DNA from: Nymphaea colorata
Taxonomy: Eukaryota
Length of the DNA: 64,000 bases
Assembly: GCF_008831285.2 (NCBI RefSeq)
Contig: NC_045138.2
Location: forward strand, 32,426,001-32,490,000
Reading direction: 5' to 3'
Shown: positions 25,491 to 37,109 of the stretch, one piece after another
Numbering within the stretch: position 1 is the stretch's first letter
Layout of the letters: the number at the start of each line of letters is the position of its first letter
Made by a program: the position numbers and the translations under genes
Notes under the pieces: generated by a model
The model's input: only the letters and a program-made list of their open reading frames with translations
What the model was told of the DNA's origin: nothing
Databases searched by the model: none

Positions 25491-25799
25491 CACATAGCAT
25501 GCTCGAAGTGTGCCTTATAGAAGTTTTTGTCGAACAACATGACAATCAAATTCAATGTCCCAGCTTAATATATGCTAGCGTAATATCTATTAGTTAATTG
25601 ACTAAATATTGCAATTTTTTGTTTACTTTTTCTCCAAAAAAGTGATTTGTCAAGTCCTTACAATGAGGAGGGAAATTGGTAGGAGGCGTGAACTCAATGA
25701 GCCATACGTGATGGACTAGCTAGACTCACGCCTCCTCACTTACTCCAAGAATTAACGGTTGTTCATAATATCAAAAATGTCATTCTCATTTAAGGCATA

Positions 25800-26600
25800 A
25801 TTCATATGTACTTTTGAACTTTTGTTTTCTAGTGTTCATCTTGATCATTTTGCTTGTGATGCATGTGGATTTGCCAAGTCTACCTTTCATCATTTTGTTG
25901 AATGGTTTGTAGAAAGATTTGATTTTGTACATATTGATGTTTGGAGACCGTAGACTCTTATTTGGGTTATAAATATTATGTGACTTTCACTCATGAGAAA
26001 TCTTACATTACATGGTTAATCCTTTCAAAATGCAAAAGTGAAGTTCCAAAGATTTTTGAAGAATTTTATAACTTGATTTTTACTCAATATGGAATTAAAA
26101 GAAAAAAACTTCAGCCTGACAATGGTGGAAAATATATGAACAAAACATTAAAATAGTTCATGGAGAAGCGGGGAATTGAACCACAAAACTCTTGTCTCGG
26201 AGCTCCGCAACAAAACAGAGTAGCAGAACACAAAAATCAGCAATTACTTAATATTGTCTATTCTCTTATGATACACATGAGCGTTCCCCAACAATTTTGG
26301 ACTGAAGTTATTGGGACTCTCTCTACCTTGCCAAAGGAATTTCAAGTTCTAGTATTGGCTACAAATTCCATCTTGAAAGTTTGTTAAACAGAAAAATATC
26401 CATCAAACACCTAAAGGTGTTTGAATGCATGTGTTTTATTCACATACAAGCTGGTTTTCGAAACAAACTAGACAAAAGAGCTCTTAAGTGCATGTTCTTC
26501 AGTTCTTCTAGTAGAAAAAACAGATATAAATGTTATGAACCTTGTTTGAAAAATATCTTGTGACGCAAGACATCAATTTTTTTGAACAAGAACCATATTA
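25800..26600 (+). pseudogene. Degenerate copia integrase remnant
   Basis: CDACGFAK..FVHIDVW..YKYYVTF..KSEVPKIF..QPDNGGKY..PQQNRVAEHKN..LKVFECMCF..KLDKRALKCMF, with stops and frameshifts. Confidence 0.85.
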
Positions 26601-28162
26601 TAATTTTTCTGGACAAAAAGACAAATTCTACAAATGTCGACAGCGCTAATAGTCTCTAGAATCATATTTGGGTTGCACAACAATTAATGTACATGAACTT
26701 ACAAATTGCTTCCTGTTAAGGAAAGGAGAGGGAGTTGGCATAAAGGACGGGGCATGGGCAGTGAGTTTTCGTTACAAATTTTTAGTACGTCAACTCTTTG
26801 TGCAGCAACCGGAGGCCACTGACATGTCAAAGCACAAATGGTTGGATGGATTAAATTTCGGCTTGACCTGGGCAATGATTTCTCTCTTGTGCAGGAAAAA
26901 GGAATCCCCTCTTTGGATTGCCATCAAGGAACCTAAACCAAGAAAGGCGATTTGGTGCAGGACATGTAGCCTTTTGGAGTCACTATTTGAAGGGATACTA
27001 TCAAATCATGCTTTCCGAAAAACTCGTTCAACAATCAATGCATACCTTAATCAAATTCCCATGATTTGATTCTTGAGACCTCGAGGGATCATTTTTGTTC
27101 TTTTTTTTTTTTATGAAAAATCAATGTAAGCATGGTTTTAGGACGATTCCAAACCAAAGCCGTAGTTCTTCGAGTCTTGAAACTAAGATCTAGCATTAAA
27201 AATCTTTGTTCACTGCCGAACACAAAAGGAAAAGACAGCGGTGGAAACAGTAGCAAAATTGATTAATCTTTCAGCAACGTTTGCTCAAAATTTTCATTCC
27301 CAAAATCCTTAGTATGAAAATCACATCGAATCCCGGCAAAAAAACCAAGATTTTCTATCTGAAATCACTTGAAAATCGTCCATAGCAGGAACAGCAATAT
27401 TCAAGCTGGAATCAGAACATTTGACACTTAAAGCTTGTTCTTCTTCGAAACGTTTCATCGGGAAACCCTCATAAATTGAAGAACATACTCTAACTGCGTA
27501 ATTAACAAATCAATCCCGAAAATCGAACAAAAAATCTTCTCCTTCTAACCTTGTTTTACGCATGCACCCGTGAAGCGCATGCTTGTGAGAAAGTGTGCCT
27601 CAGCTGTACCGACGGCCGGCGTGAAGCGTAGGCGCTGTACCTACATTTCAGATGTGCCAGTAAAGGCATTAGGTTTTAAACCACGTAGTTACAGCACAGG
27701 TAGGTGAACAATTTATGCTTGATAACCAAAATGCCTTCGGTTAATTAAAAAACTGAAAAAAAATTAAAAGACTGGAAAAGTCATTTCTTTTTATTTGCTT
27801 TTCTTGGCATCTATGTCTTGCGTGCACCGTAGTGCATGCAACCCACTTTGCATGTGCGCACATTATTGTATTGAGTGTCCGCACATGCATCATGCAAGCA
27901 CTCGGGATCGAAGACCAGATAGATTCATTCAATGGAAAAAGACCTGATCATCTATTTGTGCCACTGACACTTTTTCTTAATGATCAGGCATGATAGTTCA
28001 GGCTAACTGAATGATCAGAGGACGTTAATGGCTTGTCACAGTTAAATAAAAATGTGGTGCTTTATGGAAGTTTAATTTACATACAAAATAATGTAGCATT
28101 TTATGTGTCACAGGCTTATCGCAAGCTTTGCTTGTTAACAGTTGCCTTTTACTGGACAATTC

Positions 28163-28216
<54 letters not shown>

Positions 28217-28856
28217 CATATATTTTGTCATATACTTTCTATAGCCACTGCCCAAATCAGTAGCAAGGAGGAAGAGCTAAGCTTGCTACGAGGTTTCAAT
28301 CAAGCAATGAAGAATTTAGGAAGAAGTTTTAGGACGTCCGGTGATCCTACATGCATTTTATATAAACGAAGGTTGCTTACATACCATGTACTCATAGTCT
28401 TTATATGCGGCCGTAGTCTTTGTTGAGGATAAGAATTGAGAATTTGTATTAAGTTCAATCCTTTCACCACCATCTTATATGCAACGAAATGGCTACGGTA
28501 GTTTCTTTCAAGGTGGACACTAGCCAGGTTGTTGAAGAAAAACAGGTTTGCAATTGGTCCGCAATCAAAGAGCCTCTCAAGGTTTTAAAAAATAAAATTT
28601 TAATTATAATTTTTGTTTAGAAATTTTAATTTGGATCCTAAAGCAATTTTGGAAAATACAATTGGCTCCTAAAAATTATTCTTAAAAACTCATTTAGCTG
28701 GATGCTGGTCGTTTCATCCTCACCCCAACCATCACCACACCGCCTACCAAAAAATAAGAACAGAATAATTTTAAAACATCGACAAACCTGAACCATCCGA
28801 TAAAAAAAAGATGACCTTGCCTTGGTGTCCCCTCATATCATCCGTACATATAGTCA

Positions 28857-28904
<48 letters not shown>

Positions 28905-29102
28905 TCTTACGCCAAAACTGGTGTAAGGGTACGCTCCTCTTGATTTTTCAAAAAAAAAAAAAAAACCATAAAAAAAATAGCCATTGCAGCTTGCGGGGAC
29001 ATCGCCTCCCCCGGCGGCACCGGCTATGCTTGGCTAGGCATCGCCAGTGGCTTAGAAACGTTATAGTCGTCTGGCAAAACTTTTTTTTGCAATAGGCATC
29101 TT

Positions 29103-29197
<95 letters not shown>

Positions 29198-30285
29198 GAA
29201 ACTGTTGCTAAAATTTCAAAACTGTGCCTAAAAGTTTCTAAGGCAGGAATATTGGCAACCGAAACAACTGCTAAATGTAAGCACTCTTAGCAATTATTTT
29301 GGTACAGCTTTTGAAATTGAGTGATGGTATTAGCCAATGCACTATTAAAAGGCATTCTCTTGTTGTAAAGTTGTGACTCAAATAAATCGGAGTTCCTTTT
29401 TCTTTAAGTATCTTTGTGAGGCCACTTGAATTTGTTTACGGAAACAGAATGACCAAATTCTCAAAGAACATTAACTAGCGTACATTATTCTTTGACCTTT
29501 TGTATTGAATAATTCATATTCAAGGAGAAAATAGATTTATTTTGTGCAGCATTGATTTATTTTTTTCTGAGTCTTATAAGCACGTATGACATATGAAAAA
29601 CACAAGTTAAAGCTCTTAGAAGAAGCAGTAAGATAATTTTTTACTTCAATGATGTAAGATGCAACAGCTTTGGGCTCATCATGGTGTTGTCCATCAGTAT
29701 ACTTCTGATATGTGCAAGCAAAATGTGCTTGTCTAGGAGACAATTTGAGGATAGAGCACGGAAATAAGTGTTCTCCAATGCTGTGCATATGAAAGGTCAT
29801 AAAGTATATAATTTAGGAAAACATGAAATTTCTACAAAGTTGAATGGTTTTTGTCAATAAAAGTGTATTTCCATTTCATAATGGGGGAGGGCGTTGGGTT
29901 TTTCTCACGAACTCTATTCTGTCAAATGAAGCACAGACATAAATTAGGGAAATTTAAATACAACTACTCGCACTTTAGAATGTATAGTTGTTAACATTAT
30001 ATGTGGGCAGCATTGGATGTCAACACTTATATGAAAACTTTAAATTTCCATCTTTGTTATCAGATATATGCATCAAAAGACAGGCTTCTTTATTTATCCT
30101 GCAACTCTGAAAATTAAACCAATTCCTTCTGGTTTTAGTGCTATATTTCTCATTTTTCATCCAAGTTTTCAAACAATGGTAGATAAGGGGGTCTTTCTAG
30201 CAACTATACTCTTAGATAAAACACAAGCTACAATTAGGAAAACTTTAATTCATACATCGAGACTGAAATTTTCTCTTCTTCATTT

Positions 30286-30680
30286 CCCCATGGTCATAAG
30301 AGATATCTCTCAACTCTATTTTAGAGCTAAGAGGCTATGCTCAAGTGTATCGGGAACATGAGATGATGAAATAATATCTCATTTCATAGTTGAATCATGT
30401 TTTATTTCTTTCATTGAATATTGCTTATATATTATCCATGCGTAGTTGCTTGATTTTCATTTATATTTTGCTTCTCTCATTTTCTTTCTACCTCATTTGC
30501 CCATGGCCATATGAGATAACCTTCAACTCTATTTTAGAGTCAAGAGACTATGCTCAAGTATACCGAAAACATGAGAAGATGAGATAATATTTTATTTTGT
30601 AGTTGAATCATTTTCTATCTCTTTTTTTGAATATTGCTTTGTTTCAAGATATTAACCATACATAGTTATTTCATTTTCTT
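30286..30680. repeat. ~213-bp diverged tandem duplication
   Basis: Two copies of CCCATGG..TCAACTCTATTTTAGAG..CTATGCTCAAGT..AACATGAGA..TAGTTGAATCAT..TGAATATTGCTT. Confidence 0.75.
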
Positions 30681-31307
30681 ATATATATGTGAATGCACGG
30701 TTAGAATGAGAGTGTGGCTTGAGATTTTCTCCTTATTATTGTGTTGATTAATTTTGAGATTGGGGCTTGTCCAACCCGGGAAGAGCCTTCACAAATTTGT
30801 ATATGTTAAAGTGTATTTTCATATCATTTCACGTTAGTTTCTTTTTAATCATTCCATTAGGATCCCTAATGAGCACTTTATCGTATGGTTTGAGTTTCTT
30901 CCATACCCAATGGCAGAAGAAACATATTCCCTTGCAACCAATGGAATAACTGTGTTTTATGTTTATGTTTTCTAAAATATTTTTAAAAGAATCATTTCTA
31001 ACATGGCTTTGGAAACTTAGCGTAGACTCTTGCATGAGTCTAAGCTCCCCTCCGGCCTACATAAAACTTAAAGTCGGATGTTTTAATTTATCTTTAGTCT
31101 CATGAAGACATACATGTATATATATAATATACATATGTGTGCACATGATGATTTTTTATCATTCTCTCTCTATGTTTACATATTTTATTTTACAAATTTT
31201 CGTATCAATATAAGTACATATATATATATATATATATATTATGAATCTCCTACTTTCTCTCTCTAGAAACTTTTTCTCTCTTCAAGTCCAAGGCCTCCAT
31301 CTACAAG

Positions 31308-31379
<72 letters not shown>

Positions 31380-32936
31380 CTTCATTTCTTTTCCTTTAAA
31401 ATCTCTCTTTCTATATATATATATATATATATATATTTCTCCATTTTTTTCCTTTAAAATCTCTTTTTCTATTCAAGTCAATGTTATTTTTACAAGCTTT
31501 CATATATGTGTATATGTGATGGTATATACACATATATGTGCATCTTCTCTATCTCCTTCTTTTTCTCACTTTCTTTTGAAAGTTTCATTTCATTTCTCTA
31601 CTTAAATTCAAACCTCATTTTCATAAAGTTACATATATGTATCTATACGTATTAGATATACATATATATACATATGTATATGTATATGAATGCATATCTC
31701 TCTTTCGTTTAAATATTTGATTTTGTGATTTTCGAGATCTCTTTCTCTCTCTCCTTTCCCATATTTCTTATGATCAAGTATCTCATTTTATGCATCCTTT
31801 TTGGACATTTTTCTTTTCCAAGATCATTTTCATTTACCGACTTTACTAAGACCATAAATTAAGTAATGACTCAATATTGGATTCATGCTTGATGGTCTAC
31901 AACCCCAATCCATTTTCAAAAACTTTTACTTCTTATATATAATATTTATCAAAGCAAAATTTTTTTATGTATGTTATGGTAGGAATGTTCTTATATGAAT
32001 GTTGTGGTCGGAATGTTTCATTATCTTTTAATCATATATGCTTCATTCTCTTTTAATAATATATGATCAATGTATTCATACATTCACAATCACTTAATAT
32101 CATTTATGAGCAAATTCACATCTCTAAAATAATTTAAACAAGATACGATGAAGCTCTAATTAGGTGGTAACCGAATTAGAGTAAAATCTCAAACCAACTT
32201 AAAGTCTTAAGAAAACGCTAAAGTGATTTCAAAATAATTTCCAAATGATATTTATGAAGATTTTTCAATTCTAGTTTTTCCCAAAATGTCTCACATTTTC
32301 AAGTGATTCTTGAAGAATCTTTTCAAAAGTTTGAAACATCAAACTTTCAATATTTTTCTACACTGCATATAGAATAAAAAAATATCTAAGTTAAAACGAA
32401 ATGCATCAATGATAAACATAGTCCTTGGGTTGATTACTCCCGGTAAAGGCACCGGGAATGGTCAATCCTCGTACCAACGGGTGAATCCATTTCTTTCCTA
32501 TTTCAAAAAAAAAACCTCATTTTTTTGGAACACTTTAAAACCAGATACCAAAAATTTTGGGGATGCGAACAAAGACACACACTTTTTTTACTTATGTAAC
32601 TTTCAAATTTGAATTATTACTATATCTCCAATTTTATGTCTAGGACATCCAAGTTTTCAAACAATAGTGCTTATATGGGGTCTTTCCACCTATTATATCC
32701 TCTCAAATAAGGCACAAGCTTTAAGTTATGAAAACTTAGTTATTCATATCCGAGATTTGGATCCTACAGCTGGTAGAGCTAAATGTCAGGTTGGCATCCA
32801 ATGTCGACAATAATATTAGAAGCTAGAATTGCTATCCAAGTTATTGATACATTGAGAAATGGGCTCTTTTACTTATCTGTCTAGTGTTGCGAAAAATGTT
32901 GTCTTCTGGTATTATTCATGTACACACATAGTTTTG

Positions 32937-34170
32937 ACACTCAACAACATCACCATGGTGCTCCATGACTAAGTTCCTCTCCACCGTCCACTCTTCTGCC
33001 TGCTCAACGTCGTCTTCCATTTCATTGCCACCAAAGATGATAGCGAGAATGACAAACTTTGTTGCACACTTTTTCCCACTGAGGCAATGGAGCTCGGCCT
33101 TCTCGCTATAATCATAGGTGACAATGAAATGGAAGACGACGTTCTCCGGGCAGGGGAATCCTGGTGATATCTATGATGATGGGTTGATGCACATCAAAAT
33201 GACACTCAATGATATCACCATTACTATTCCATGGTCGAGAACATCTCTATTGTCAAGCACTCCCTTGCCCGGACAACGTCATCTTCCATTTTATTGTGTC
33301 CAATAATGATAGCGAGAAGCATGAACTTTGCCGCACAACTATCTCCATGTTTCCCCACCTAGGTGGTGGAGCTTGGCCTTCTCGCTATTGTCATCAGTGG
33401 CAATGAAATGGAAGATGATGTTCTCCAGGCAAGGGAGTGCTTGCAAAAATATCTATGATTATTGGTTGATTCACATTAAAATGACACTCAACAACATCAC
33501 CATCGTAGATCCATGATTGAGATCCTCTCTATATCCACTCCTTTGCCCAGACAACGTCGTCTTCCATTTCATTGCCACAGAAGATGATAGCGAAAATGAC
33601 GAACTTTGCTGCACACATTTTCCCACTTAGGCAATGAAGCTCGGCCTTCTCGCTATAATCATTGGTGGCGATGAAATGGAAGAAGACGTTCTCCGGGCAG
33701 GGAATTCCTGGTGATATCTATGATGATGGGTTGATGCACATCGCAATGACACTCGATTATATCACCATTACTATTCCATGGTCGAGATAATTGTCAAGCA
33801 CTCCATTGCCTGGACAATGTCGTCTTCCATTTTATTGTCACTGATGCTGATAATGAGAAGCAGGAACTTTGCCACACAATTATCATGTTTCCCAACTTAG
33901 GTGGGTGAAATCAGCCTTCTCACTATAGTCATCAGTGGCAATGAAATGGAAGACGACTTTCTCCAAGCAAGGGAGTGCTCACGAAAATATATATGATGAC
34001 GGGTTGATTCACATTGCAAGGACACTCAACAACATTACCATCGCGGCTCCACGACTGAGATCCTCTCCATTGTTGACTTCTTCGCCCGAACAATGTCGTC
34101 TTCCATTTCATTGCCACCGAAGGTTAAAGCGAAAATGATGAACTCTGTTGCACACATTTTCCCACCTAAG
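32937..34170. repeat. Tandem array of ~270-bp units, each containing a long inverted repeat (4 complete hairpins plus 1 half)
   Basis: Left arms (AACGTCGTCTTCCATTTCATTG-like) at about 33006, 33275, 33553, 33816 and 34092. Right arms (CAATGAAATGGAAGACGACGTT-like) at about 33122, 33401, 33669 and 33939. Confidence 0.9.
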
Positions 34171-34880
34171 GAAACTTGAGGCTGAGCATATGGAATTGGG
34201 CAGGTACATATCATTATTGTTTCTAAGTGTTTTTTTTTTTTTCATGTTCTATTGGAAATGAGGCTACGTCCTTCCCCAAACTGTTTTTGTTCTAAAAAAG
34301 GTTCGTCATTTCTCAGGCCTTGGGTTATCATTAGACTGTGTTTATCTTGCTTTGGGTTATCTTGGTTTTCAAATTCATCAACATTTTGGCATAATAAGGG
34401 CAGGTGATTTCTTGATTGTTCAAAGGACATTATTTGATATACAAAATTAGAGCATGTTAAAATTATATTCTCAAACCTGTAAAATTGAATGTCTTAAAAG
34501 AAACTCTTTAGTGTGCAGCTCTATGAAATTTTGTATACTATTTTCTAGTTTCCTTATTAATTAATTAGTTGTGCATTGTATCTTCAATTATAAAGTTTGT
34601 CTTGAATGACAGAACTTTTGTTCACAATATAAATCAGAGCTAGTCATTTTGTTCTGAAAGAACAACTAATTTGTGTTGAATGGCAAAACTTTTGTTTCAA
34701 GATGTTGCTACTTTTGTTACCGACTTGATGTTTGAATTACATTTTAAACAATTTTGCATATTTGGTCTATTGAAATAGAGAAAACATGAAGTTTGATGGG
34801 GAACGAAGCTTGACATGTCTTCATGCACTTCTAGTTTTTAATATTTAAAAATGTTTTATAAGATTTGCTTATTATTGTAG

Positions 34881-34944
34881 GTTTCTCGAAATGATGAGAC
34901 TGTGGAAAGTCAAGGATTTGGTTATGTTACAATGGGTTCAAGGG
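34881..34944 (+). pseudogene. Isolated exon fragment of an RRM (chloroplast RNP-like) RNA-binding protein gene
   Basis: After the TTGTAG acceptor it reads VSRNDETVESQGFGYVTMGS, an RNP1-type motif ([RK]G[FY]G[FY]V) resembling plastid cp28/cp33-like proteins (recalled, not searched). No other exons were found. Confidence 0.55.
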
Positions 34945-35548
34945 GTAAAGTTGCACTTTCTGCATGAGTCACATAATTGTAACCTTGAGATGAATTTTAG
35001 ATGTATTTTCTACTTATTAACATGAAATGTAATTGGACAATGTTTGTGGGATTTTGTTTGCTTTTAATTGTTTCATGTGTACGGTAATGTAGTTGGACAC
35101 GAGTTTGTCTGCTGGATTGTTATGAAATGACACATTATGCTTCTTATACAAGTAGGAAAACTAAATATTGCCTTTGTCTATCTGAATTTTCACACTTCTC
35201 TTTTTTGCCCCTAGTTAATTTCAATTACCTGAATAATTTATACGTTAATTACTGTTGTTTTGTATATTTTAATGTATTATGAATAATTGGTATTGATATT
35301 GGGTTCTTTAAATAATAAATTTTGTGACACAGTGACCGTGTTAGTAAAGACCACCACCTGCGCTTCTGTGACGTGGATTCATGTAATCTCTAACGTTGGA
35401 TTGCATGTAACGAAATGTATCATCACTAAAAAAGATCAGCCACATAATGTTTGGTAACACACATGACAACGTTCAGGCCACGTTAGAGGATATTGTTCTC
35501 CAATGTTGCTAAATGTGAATTTTCTTTTTGTGTTAGGACAAGGTGATA

Positions 35549-35680
35549 TGCTTACCAGGACTTTGCGTTTGGATCACTCGACCGATAGATCTTCCATGAA
35601 TTTGCATCTCCTTGCCACTCAAAATCACCAGACTTGCAAAGATCCGTTTGCTATTGAAAGGCCTGTCGAACAAGAAAAGC
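35549..35680 (-). pseudogene. Relic of TAR-like exon 3 (5' part) with its acceptor
   Basis: AFQ*QTDLCKSGDFEWQGDANSWKIYRSSDPN versus AYQLQTDLFKSGEFEWQGDAYSWKINRSSVPN. The nucleotide match to about 14120-14236 includes the intron end. Confidence 0.85.
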
Positions 35681-36231
35681 GATCACTCCTGCAGATAGAG
35701 TTGTGTGCACGCACTGAGATAACAAATATGCACTACATGAGGTGGGGCATTCTTTGAATTTTTTTATAAAGGAAGTGGACATTTTAGGCTTTTTCAACTT
35801 TTTACAATCCTTTTTTATCCTTTAAAAAAATTATTTTAATAAAGAGTATTTTTGGTCATTTCAGCGGTATACACCAATTTTTCGTGCACGGAGGTGTGCA
35901 TGTAAACCATGCTTAGTGATTCCTATGGTCCTCATGGAGCTAATGATGTTTGGAGCTTTATTGGCCCCAGCTTGATTTTCATCTTCAACTTGATCACAAC
36001 CTCCACCAAGCATGGAAGTACCTCGTGTTGGGATTTCTCCCCATTACGCATATACAAAACCAAACGTATATACCCTAAAACAGGATCATGCTCATGCTAA
36101 ATCATTGAATCAAACATAACCTTAAACTTAAAGCGGAAGCGTACCTGAATCCATCTGATCTGGTGCACGGGAAGATCGCAGCAGGGTCTTCCAGGGTATG
36201 TGCAACCTCCACCAAGCATGGAAGTACCTCG

Positions 36232-36707
36232 TGTTGGGATTTCTCCCCATTACGCATATACAAAACCAAACGTATATACCCTAAAACAGGATCATGCTCA
36301 TGCTAAATCATTGAATCAAACATAACCTTAAACTTAAAGCGGAAGTGTACCTGAATCCATCTGATCTGGTGCACGGGAAGATCGCAGCAGGGTCTTCTAG
36401 GGTATGTGCGGCGCGCTTGAGGTCTCTCTCAGATGGGGAAGAGGAAAACCCTAGAAACCAATGTTTCAGGCAACCATTGCACGACCCCAGGGACCACTAC
36501 CATTTTATAATAAGAACAATTACAGATTCCACCCATCTAAGAGTCCGTAATTCCGTACTGGTATCTATACATTTCAAAATTACCCCATACCATCTAAAAT
36601 GACGTAATATCCCAAAATGCAATCACTTAAGCGGATATTTATGTTAAGACAGCCATAATGTCTGAAATTCCTCATAGACATATGTCGGCCCACCAAATGA
36701 TCTTACA
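36232..36707 (-). repeat. 3' LTR of the deleted copia
   Basis: TGTTGG...CTTACA; about 15 differences by eye from 42810-43284. Confidence 0.93.
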
Positions 36708-37109
36708 ATCTCCCACTTGGGCCAAATATGTCTTAATACATTTAGACATTACACAAAACCTTAAGAGCTCATAACTGCTATCTTATTAAAATGTCAATTC
36801 ACCAATCTCGTCCATGATCATATCAACACAGAACCAAAGCGGCTTTCGCTATATCAAAAGTTAGCTAAACCTTCAATGATCACAAATGTTAACATAACCA
36901 ATGACATAGATCTGATATGGATGTATAGCATGAGAATTACATGCAATGTGATTACAACATGTCTATTCTCAACTGGTCCAACTTTAAAAACTTTATGGAG
37001 ATCAAAACATAAACACAGAATGGAACCAAAGAACTTTAAACTTTATTCTGCAGAAAACTGAATATGTGTCCATACATTAGAGCAAACAAAATACAAAGTC
37101 CCACTAAAC

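Noticed and set aside
26668..27069. 133-aa ORF
   Set aside because: No recognisable motif or splice context; it may be TE debris but I cannot support a call.
23776..29095. Short ORFs with YIYIYI/ERERER runs
   Set aside because: These are translations of (TA)n and (GA)n microsatellites.
30700..32571. Possible solo LTR of a Tat/Ogre-type element
   Set aside because: The only support is a suggestive end (..TTTTGGGGATGCGAACA) and low-complexity content; there is no partner LTR, TSD or PBS.
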